Assembly: GCA_965203515.1 (NCBI GenBank)
Contig: OZ241907.1
Location: 1,280,001-1,344,000 of the forward strand
Reading direction: 5' to 3'
DNA: 64,000 bases
Source: Spirochaetia bacterium
GTDB taxonomy: Bacteria; Spirochaetota; Spirochaetia; SZUA-6; Bin103
Position numbers and translations under genes: made by a program. The notes beneath the pieces were generated by a model. It searched no databases. It saw nothing but the letters and a program-made list of their open reading frames with translations, and was not told the DNA's origin. The stretch's first letter is position 1; each line of letters opens with the position of its first letter. Below are positions 57,866 to 64,000 of the stretch, in pieces.

Positions 57866-59812
57866 CTATCCCTTGATGAACCAGGCGCTGCGCTGGGCGG
57901 GAATGATCTCTCCCGGCATCGGCTCGGGAACATTGCCGATCCGGTCGTTCTGCACGTAGCTGAACGACGTCTCCGCATCCCACTCCAGAATGCCGAGCTC
58001 CCAGAGATTGTCGGTGTGGATCTTGAACGCCTCATCGTACAGATCGAGCTGCTTCTGCGGATCCGGCTCCGCGTAGATCTCGTTCTGGATCTCCCTGAGC
58101 CGCTTGACGTCGGCCGGCGGCTCGACCCCCGACTCGCCGTTGGTGTTGAGCCAGCTCGACCACTCGGGCTCGGTCTCGAAGTTGCCGGCAAACAGGTTGG
58201 GGCTCATGATCGGCACCATGGGCGGGCCGACGTAGTAGCCGACGCGCAGGCGCAGGTCGGTCTCGTCCGACTCGTTGATCGCCGCGTAGGCGGCGTCATC
58301 GAGCGCCTTGACCGCCAGATTGATGCCCACTTCGGCCCAGTAGCCCCTGACCAGCTCACCGATATCGGGATTCTCCGGCGGCCATGAAGGGTGGTACAGA
58401 ATGAACTGCAGGGCGTTGCCGTCCGGACCGAGACGGAAGCCGTCGCGGCCGCGGGCGGCCAGACCGATCTCGTCGAGCATCCGATTGGCCGTCTCCGGGT
58501 CATATTCGATGAACTGCTTGAACATGTCCCGCTCGCCGTGAAAGGGCGGTCCCGAGTTGGGCGCGAGCTGACTCGGAGCGTAGCGCCCGCCGAACAGCAG
58601 ACCGTTGATCTCGTCCCGATCGATCGCATGCGACAACGCCACGCGGAAGTCCTTGTCGGCGTAGAGCGCGGCCTTTACCGGATCGGCCGTGGTGTGATTG
58701 AAGTAGAGCGCCGAATGGTTGCGCCACCAGGTGAAGGACTTCACGGTGTAGCCGCCGCGCGACTCGTTCTCCTTCAGGAAGGTGAAGTTCTTGCCGGGGT
58801 CCAGGAACGATCCGATGACCACGTCCTCCTCGCCGGCGACCACCTTGAGCAGCCACGCCTCCGTATCGGAGATCAGCGGGCGCTCGACGCGGTCGATGTA
58901 GGGCAACTGATTGCCTTCGGGATCGACCTTCCAATAGTACGGGTTGCGCACCGCCGTCTGCACCGGAGCGGTCTTGGGGTCCTGGAACAGCCAGGGCGCC
59001 AGCGTGGGGCAGGCCGGGTCGTTCACGCCGTTCGACGGGTGGCCGACGCAGTCCTTGCTCTGGTACAATTCGGGCCAGCTCGCGAACCCCTCGGACCTCA
59101 CCAGCTCGTCCAGTTCGGCGCGGTCGGCGTAGGTCGGGTGAAACTGACTCAGGTAGTGCTTGGGCGCGTATTGGGGCACGAAATACATCCACCACGTCCC
59201 GATCATGTCGACGAACGGGCTGTTGGGCTGGCTGAACGAGAAGGTCACGGTCTCATCGTCGACGCGGCGCACGATCAGCAGCTCGTTGTTCCGCGTGAAG
59301 TAGCTGATCGGTTCGGGCGTCAGTTCCTTGTTGCTGATCAGGTCCTCGTACCAGAACATGATGTCGTCGACGCCGAACGGCTCGCCGTCGCTCCAGCGCA
59401 TGCCGCGCCGCAGCTTGAAGGTGATGGTGGTGCCGTCGGCCGACACGCTGAACTCCCTGGCGACGTTCGGCAGCGTGCTCAGGAGATCCGGGGAAACGAT
59501 GGTGAGCGGCTCCTTGGTCATGACCCACGCCAGCCAGTCGGACGAATCGAGATCGCGCACCTGCTGCAGCGCTCCGCCATAGGAGCCGATCTCCTCCACT
59601 TCGAGCACGCGCGGCGACTCGGGCAGACGCTGCTCGATCGGCGGCAGCTCGCCGCTGACTACCAGGGCGGCCAGCATCGGCGCCTCCCCGTACCGGCCGG
59701 TGCGCACCGGCGCGCCGCTGCTGCCGGCGGTATCTTCGTCCATCTCGCCACTGGCAAAGCCCAGGGTCGATAGCAGGGACAGCGCGAGAACGAGTGAACA
59801 GGTCTTTCTCAT
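57866..59812 (-). CDS. Family-5 (Opp/Dpp-type) ABC solute-binding protein
   Basis: EAPMLA...LPPIEQRLP, WSDGEPF, RNPYYWKVD.EGNQLPYID. Confidence 0.9.
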   Translation of the reverse strand: MRKTCSLVLALSLLSTLGFASGEMDEDTAGSSGAPVRTGRYGEAPMLAALVVSGELPPIEQRLPESPRVLEVEEIGSYGGALQQVRDLDSSDWLAWVMTKEPLTIVSPDLLSTLPNVAREFSVSADGTTITFKLRRGMRWSDGEPFGVDDIMFWYEDLISNKELTPEPISYFTRNNELLIVRRVDDETVTFSFSQPNSPFVDMIGTWWMYFVPQYAPKHYLSQFHPTYADRAELDELVRSEGFASWPELYQSKDCVGHPSNGVNDPACPTLAPWLFQDPKTAPVQTAVRNPYYWKVDPEGNQLPYIDRVERPLISDTEAWLLKVVAGEEDVVIGSFLDPGKNFTFLKENESRGGYTVKSFTWWRNHSALYFNHTTADPVKAALYADKDFRVALSHAIDRDEINGLLFGGRYAPSQLAPNSGPPFHGERDMFKQFIEYDPETANRMLDEIGLAARGRDGFRLGPDGNALQFILYHPSWPPENPDIGELVRGYWAEVGINLAVKALDDAAYAAINESDETDLRLRVGYYVGPPMVPIMSPNLFAGNFETEPEWSSWLNTNGESGVEPPADVKRLREIQNEIYAEPDPQKQLDLYDEAFKIHTDNLWELGILEWDAETSFSYVQNDRIGNVPEPMPGEIIPAQRSAWFIKG

Positions 59813-59908
59813 GGCTTACTCCTTGGCGGGACGTGAGGGCCGCCGTACCGGGTCCGTGAGCCGCTCGCCCGCCAGCGGCCCTCATCGTGACGATGCGGCC
59901 GTACCCTG

Positions 59909-60940
59909 TCAAACCACGCCGGACAGTTCGAGCTCCGCGGCAAAGTGGCAGGCCGCCAGATGGGGTTCTCCCCGGCCCGCGCCGACGTCCGCCAACGGCG
60001 GCTCCTGCTCCTTGCAGATCCGTTGCGCGAAGCGGCAGCGGGGATGGAAGTAGCAGCCGGACGGCGGAGCCGCCGGATCGGCGATGTCGCCGCCGAGCAG
60101 AACGCGATTCTTGCGATAGCGGGGATCGGGCTTCGGCACGGCCGAAAACAACGCCTCGGTATACGGATGCCGGGGCCTGGAGAACAGGTTCCGGGCGGTC
60201 GTCAGCTCCACGATCTTGCCGACGTACATCACGGCGATCCGTTCGCTGAAGTAGTCGACCACCGCCAGGTTGTGGGCGATGAACAGGTAGGCAAAGCGGT
60301 AGCGCTCCTGGAGCTCCTGCAGCAGCTCCAGGATCTGGGCCTGCACCGATACGTCCAGGGCGGACACCGGTTCGTCGGCGACGATGAACTCCGGCATGAG
60401 CGCAAGAGCCCGCGCAATGGCGATGCGCTGGCGCTGCCCCCCGCTGAACGCGTGCGGGTACCGCGTCATGTAGACCGGGTCCAGACGCACCATGCGCAGC
60501 AGCTCGGCCACCCGGTCCTCCAACTCGCGCCGGTTGCGGAGCGCACCGTGGATGACGAACGGCTCGGCGATCGTCTGGAAGACGGTCATGCGCGGATTGA
60601 GCGAGGAATACGGGTCCTGAAAGATCATGCCCATCCGGGTCATGACCGCCTTGAGCTCGCGCCGGTTCAGCGCGGTGAGGTCGACCGCGGCCTGGCCGTC
60701 GTGCGGATGGAAGAGCACCTCGCCGGAGGTCGGCTCCACCGCGCGCTGCACGCAGCGGCCGGTGGTCGTCTTGCCGCACCCGCTCTCGCCGACCAGGGCA
60801 AGCGTCTCTCCGGCATGGACCGTGAAGGTGACGTCATCGACCGCCTTGACGGTGCCGGTCACCTTGCGGCGGAGCCCGCGCGTCCGCGCGAAGTACTTCT
60901 TGAGGCGCCTGACCTCGACCAACGGCTTCCGGTCGGACAT
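59909..60940 (-). CDS. Opp/Dpp ABC ATP-binding protein (F-type)
   Basis: [25 protein letters not shown]-terminal Cys motif. Confidence 0.92.
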   Translation of the reverse strand: MSDRKPLVEVRRLKKYFARTRGLRRKVTGTVKAVDDVTFTVHAGETLALVGESGCGKTTTGRCVQRAVEPTSGEVLFHPHDGQAAVDLTALNRRELKAVMTRMGMIFQDPYSSLNPRMTVFQTIAEPFVIHGALRNRRELEDRVAELLRMVRLDPVYMTRYPHAFSGGQRQRIAIARALALMPEFIVADEPVSALDVSVQAQILELLQELQERYRFAYLFIAHNLAVVDYFSERIAVMYVGKIVELTTARNLFSRPRHPYTEALFSAVPKPDPRYRKNRVLLGGDIADPAAPPSGCYFHPRCRFAQRICKEQEPPLADVGAGRGEPHLAACHFAAELELSGVV

Positions 60941-61983
60941 CAACCGCCTCCTCCGTCCGCATCGTCATGGCCGCCGTACAGGTAGCAGGCGGTCACGTGC
61001 CCGGCGCCCACCCCGACCCGCGGCGGCGCGCTGCCGTCGCAGGTGCCGGGCATGAAATCGGGACAGCGCGGGTGGAACAGGCAGCCGCGCACGCGTTCGA
61101 CGTGCGTCGGCACCGCGCCCCGAATCGGCGTGAGCTGCTGGGCGGCCCCCGCTCCCAGCCTCGGCACCGAGCTGAGCAATCCGCGCGTATAGGGGTGTTT
61201 GGGCTGGTAGAAGATGTCGTCCACGGCGGCGGACTCCACCCCCTGGCCCAGGTACATGATCAGCACCGCGTCGGCCAGCTCGGCGATCACCGCCAAGTCG
61301 TGGGTGATGATGATCAGCGCCATCGCCAGCGCCTGCTGCAGGTCCCTGATCAGCTCGAGGACCTGCGCCTGTATCGTGACGTCGACCGCGGTGGTCGGCT
61401 CGTCGGCGATCAGCAGGCGCGGCCGGCATGACAGCGCCATGGCGATCATGGCGCGCTGGCGCATGCCGCCGCTGAGATTGAACGAGTAGGCGTCGATGAT
61501 CTGCGTCGGTTGCGGCATGCCGACCCTGGCCAGCATCTCGACCGCCTTGGCGCGCGCCTGCCGCCTGGTGACCTGCTGGTGCAGCATGATCGCTTCCATG
61601 ATCTGATTGCCGATGGTGTGCATGGCCGAGAACGAGGTCATCGGCTCCTGAAACACCATGGCGATCTCGGCGCCGCGAATCGCCCGGATGGCGCTGCCGT
61701 GCGGATCGAGCGTCACGAGGTCGACCGGCCCCTGGCTCGGCGAGTCGAACAGGATCGCGCCGTCCACGATCGCCCCGTTCTTGGGCACGATGCGCAGGAT
61801 CGACTGGGTCGTCACGCTCTTGCCGCAGCCGCTCTCTCCGGCGATGCCCAGCGTCTTGCCGGCAGCGAGGTCGAAGCTCAGGCCGTCCACCGCCTTGACC
61901 GTGCCCTGGCGCGAAAAGAAGTGGGTCTTCAGCCCTCGCACGCTGAGCAGGGCGGCGGCCGAGCGGGTCGCGCGGTCGGCCAT
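60940..61983 (-). CDS. Opp/Dpp ABC ATP-binding protein (D-type)
   Basis: [22 protein letters not shown]. Confidence 0.92.
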   Translation of the reverse strand: MADRATRSAAALLSVRGLKTHFFSRQGTVKAVDGLSFDLAAGKTLGIAGESGCGKSVTTQSILRIVPKNGAIVDGAILFDSPSQGPVDLVTLDPHGSAIRAIRGAEIAMVFQEPMTSFSAMHTIGNQIMEAIMLHQQVTRRQARAKAVEMLARVGMPQPTQIIDAYSFNLSGGMRQRAMIAMALSCRPRLLIADEPTTAVDVTIQAQVLELIRDLQQALAMALIIITHDLAVIAELADAVLIMYLGQGVESAAVDDIFYQPKHPYTRGLLSSVPRLGAGAAQQLTPIRGAVPTHVERVRGCLFHPRCPDFMPGTCDGSAPPRVGVGAGHVTACYLYGGHDDADGGGG

Positions 61984-63113
61984 CAGACCGCGGCGTACGG
62001 GTCGGCGGCGTCCCGCAGGCCGTCGCCGAGGAAGTTGAACGCCAGGATCGAGACGATGACGAACAGCGCCGGGATCAGCAGCCACGGGGCATCGGCCAGC
62101 ACCCGGATCGCCTGAGCGTCGCGCAGCAGCACGCCCCAGCTCACGGCGGGAGTGCGCAGCCCGAGCCCGATGAAGCTCAGCGCGGTCTCTCCCAGAATCA
62201 TGCCCGGCACCGACAGGGTGAGCGACGCGATGATATAGCTGTACAGCGACGGCAGCAGATGCCGCATGATGATGTAGCCGCGGCCGGCTACGTGCAGCTG
62301 CGCCGCCAGCACGAACTCCTCCTCACGCACCGACAGGAACTTGCCGCGCACCACGCGCGCCAGCGACGTCCAGCCGACGAACGACAGGATCACCACGATG
62401 GCGAAATAGACCTTGGTCACGCTCCAGTGGGGCGGCAGCGCCGCGCTCAGCCCCATCCACAACGGCAAGGTCGGGATCGACCGAAAGAACTCGATGAGCC
62501 GTTGGATGACGACGTCGATCGGTCCGCCCAGGTAACCGGAGAGTCCGCCCAGCACGATGCCGAGCAGAAAGCTCAGCGCGATTCCCAGGAGCCCCACGGT
62601 GAGCGAGATGCGGCTGCCGTAGATGATGCGCGACAACAGATCGCGGCCGAGCGAGTCCGCGCCGAACAGATAGCCGCGCCCGCCCCGGAAGCCGAACAGG
62701 TGGACGTCGGACTCGAACAGCCCCCAGAACCGGTACGGATCGCCGCGCACGAACAGCGCCAGCGGGTGGCGCCGCCCCGGATCGACGGTGTACTCCTTGC
62801 CGTACGTGACCGGATCGATCTTCTGCGTGAGACCGTACACGAACGGGCGCAGATGAAATCGGCCGTCCACGTCCACGAATCGGATCCGCTGCGGCGGCTG
62901 CAGGACCCGTTCCTGATCGTGCAGTCGGCCGTCATAGGGCGCGGCGAACTCCGCGAAGAATGCGCCGAGGTAGAACGCTCCCAGCACGATGAGGGCAGCC
63001 ACCGCGACCCGGTGGCGCACGAACTTCCAGCGGATGAGCTGCCATTGCGACGCGACGAACAGCCGCTCTTCGGACGGCGCGGCGGCTTCGGCCGGAACCG
63101 CCGATTGCGTCAC
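61983..63113 (-). CDS. Opp/Dpp ABC permease (C-type)
   Basis: GADSLGRDLLSR, ETALSFIGLG, GDGLRDAADP. Confidence 0.92.
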   Translation of the reverse strand: MTQSAVPAEAAAPSEERLFVASQWQLIRWKFVRHRVAVAALIVLGAFYLGAFFAEFAAPYDGRLHDQERVLQPPQRIRFVDVDGRFHLRPFVYGLTQKIDPVTYGKEYTVDPGRRHPLALFVRGDPYRFWGLFESDVHLFGFRGGRGYLFGADSLGRDLLSRIIYGSRISLTVGLLGIALSFLLGIVLGGLSGYLGGPIDVVIQRLIEFFRSIPTLPLWMGLSAALPPHWSVTKVYFAIVVILSFVGWTSLARVVRGKFLSVREEEFVLAAQLHVAGRGYIIMRHLLPSLYSYIIASLTLSVPGMILGETALSFIGLGLRTPAVSWGVLLRDAQAIRVLADAPWLLIPALFVIVSILAFNFLGDGLRDAADPYAAV

Positions 63114-63114
63114 G

Positions 63115-64000
63115 TCAGACCGCCTCGCGAATGCGCGGGTCGAGCCAGGCGAGCAGGATGTCGGACAGCAGCGTGCCGATCACGGTCAGGACGCTGAGGA
63201 CGAAGATGATGCTGCCGGCCAGGAACATGTCCTGCGTGAGCAGCGCGGAGAGCAGGACCGGAGCGATCGTGGGCAGGCCCAGCACGATCGACGTCAACAG
63301 CGCGCCGTTGACCATCTCCGGCAGGGTGTAGCCGATGGTGCTGACGACCGGATTGACCGCGGCGCGAAACGGGTACTTGTAGAGCAGGCGGCGTTCGGTC
63401 AGCCCCTTGGCGCGCGCCACCATCACGTACGGCTTGTGCAGCTCGTCGAGCATGTTGGCGCGCATGATGCGGATCAGACTGGCGGTGCCCGCGGTGCCGA
63501 CGATCAGTGCCGGTATCCACAGGTGCGACAGCAGATCGAGCAGCTTGCCCAGGCTCCACGATGCGGTGAGATATTCCTTGGAGAACAGCCCGACGGCCGC
63601 CTTCCCGGTCCAGAGGAAGAACAGCCACAGGAAGATCAGGGCGAACAGGAAGTTGGGCACGGCAAGGCCGACGAAGCCGATCGTCGTGAACACGTAGTCA
63701 CGCACCGAATACTGGTTGATAGCGGACACGTTGCCGATCGGTATGGCGATGACGTACACCACCAGCAACGAGCTGAACGCGATCAGTATCGTCCATGGCA
63801 GCCGCTCGAACAGCAGCGACCTTACCGACTGATTCCACGCGAACGACCGCCCCAGATCGCCGCGGATGAGGTTCGACATCCACTTCCAGTACTGGACGTG
63901 CGCCGGCTGGTTCAACCCGTAGCGTTCCCGCAGCGCGTCGATCTGCCCCTGCTCCACGATCTGCCCGAACTGCCGGAGCCCCGCCACGTAGGTATCGACG
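63115..64000 (-). CDS. Opp/Dpp ABC permease (B-type), 5' end outside window
   Basis: GDLGRSF, ARAKGL, DILLAWLDPRIR. Confidence 0.9.
   Translation of the reverse strand, partial: VDTYVAGLRQFGQIVEQGQIDALRERYGLNQPAHVQYWKWMSNLIRGDLGRSFAWNQSVRSLLFERLPWTILIAFSSLLVVYVIAIPIGNVSAINQYSVRDYVFTTIGFVGLAVPNFLFALIFLWLFFLWTGKAAVGLFSKEYLTASWSLGKLLDLLSHLWIPALIVGTAGTASLIRIMRANMLDELHKPYVMVARAKGLTERRLLYKYPFRAAVNPVVSTIGYTLPEMVNGALLTSIVLGLPTIAPVLLSALLTQDMFLAGSIIFVLSVLTVIGTLLSDILLAWLDPRIREAV

Overview
A GC-rich (about 70% by eye) bacterial window with about 50 genes. The FA(S/A)G/xxE-type N-termini of the solute-binding proteins suggest a spirochaete. The many sulfatases, PhyH dioxygenases, Rpn and AAA-PD-(D/E)XK genes suggest a host-associated (e.g. 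sponge) lifestyle; both points are inference. Most of the window is carbohydrate, nucleoside and sulfate-ester catabolism: iolE/iolG; a cluster of two ADP-ribosylglycohydrolases with an ABC transporter, nucleoside phosphorylase, YjbQ, SIS protein, PfkB kinase and nucleoside hydrolase; FAD oxidoreductase/sulfatase genes; GH78; a lyase-like/PmoA-like/Gfo cluster; a sialidase-like gene; and four ABC importers. Accessory genes are interspersed: an orphan adenine methyltransferase, two Rpn nucleases each with an internal SD-ATG, a stand-alone copy of one Rpn C-terminus, two AAA-nuclease fusions, two related exported repeat proteins whose shared domain is split by an even number of GSGY repeats, and several gene remnants. 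I saw no rRNA, tRNA, CRISPR array, integrase, reverse transcriptase or intact transcription regulator. All calls come from reading motifs by eye; no searches were run.
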